A stretch of DNA of 64,000 bases, from NCBI GenBank assembly GCA_964512695.1, contig CAZEJU010000001.1:71803-135802 (forward strand), written 5' to 3'. The translations under genes and the position numbers were made by a program. The DNA is from an uncultured Gammaproteobacteria bacterium (GTDB lineage Bacteria > Patescibacteriota > Microgenomatia > Levybacterales > UBA12049). Positions within the stretch are counted from its first letter, which is position 1; each line of letters begins with the position of its first letter. This document shows positions 63,411 to 64,000 of the stretch, piece by piece. The notes beneath the pieces were generated by a model. It made no database searches and had not been told where the DNA came from. It saw only the letters and a list, made by a program, of their open reading frames with translations.

Positions 63411-64000
63411 ATACTTGGATTATAGATAACAATTCCTTTATACGCAAAGAATTTCCCGAAATCTTTAAATGATATTTTCGCAAAAGCCTGAGACTTACTC
63501 CAATAACCTGATGGGTTATGAAGATAGAACAGTTTTTTATCAAAATCGTAACCTACTATTAAAACTAGATGGCCTCCTATTTGCATGGACGTATCTTTTG
63601 GATTCCTAATACGGGGATCAACTGATACTAAAACAAAGTTCTTCTTCAACAGCTCGGTGATAATATCATGCATAATAAATATTTTCTTAACGCTTGCCTG
63701 TAAACCGAATTCGTTTTTTAGAAAAACAATAAAAGGTTCATAAAATAAACCTTCAATTGATTTTTTATATTCTTTTGTTTTCAGATATCTGTTGTGAACC
63801 TTATACCCACCATATTGCTCACACAATTTCGCCAACGTATAAAGTTTAATATTTTTCTTCAAACTATACTCTAATACTGACTTCAGACATGCCATACCAC
63901 ATGAGTTCCAACTCCAATGTAAATATTCATGTCTATTAAGTGCACCAGAACTTTTCCAGTTAGGATCTTCTTCTGCTGACAATTTCCCTGAAAGAAAAGA
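63407..64000 (-). CDS. Peptidase C39-like protein (5' end may lie beyond the window)
   Basis: CGMACL, GGHLVLIVG, HNPSG. Confidence 0.7.
   Translation of the reverse strand, partial: SFLSGKLSAEEDPNWKSSGALNRHEYLHWSWNSCGMACLKSVLEYSLKKNIKLYTLAKLCEQYGGYKVHNRYLKTKEYKKSIEGLFYEPFIVFLKNEFGLQASVKKIFIMHDIITELLKKNFVLVSVDPRIRNPKDTSMQIGGHLVLIVGYDFDKKLFYLHNPSGYWSKSQAFAKISFKDFGKFFAYKGIVIYNPSI

Overview
AT-rich bacterial chromosome segment, standard genetic code (TGA used as stop). Gene content and style suggest a Patescibacteria/CPR genome, probably Microgenomates (inference): a type IV pilus cluster without PilQ, no rimM in the rpsP-trmD cluster, and many apparently leaderless genes. Contents in order: serA-serC, rpmF-nusB-rnc-rpsP-khpA-trmD, an 11-kb type IV pilus cluster, a redox/ion-transport islet (frameshifted kup, Ca/Na antiporter remnant), a MazG-like + B12 radical SAM + nucleoside deoxyribosyltransferase-like trio, gyrB-ppa-gyrA-folD, a pyrimidine operon, a Xer-type recombinase, a 1.3-kb ORF-free region, housekeeping genes and tRNA-Leu(CAA). 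Top candidate for a new system: the operon argG::MGS - pentein hydrolase - CodA-like deaminase::DHODH - pyrF - pyrE. It lacks carA/carB/pyrB/pyrC/argH and sits behind a pyrL-like leader-peptide attenuator, suggesting a pyrimidine route through argininosuccinate that bypasses carbamoyl phosphate. Second candidate: a dispersed family of (TTNNNAR)n heptamer inverted-repeat elements, some inserted in frame in proteins, one abutting a four-helix-bundle gene remnant. All product calls come from motif recognition by eye; no searches were run.
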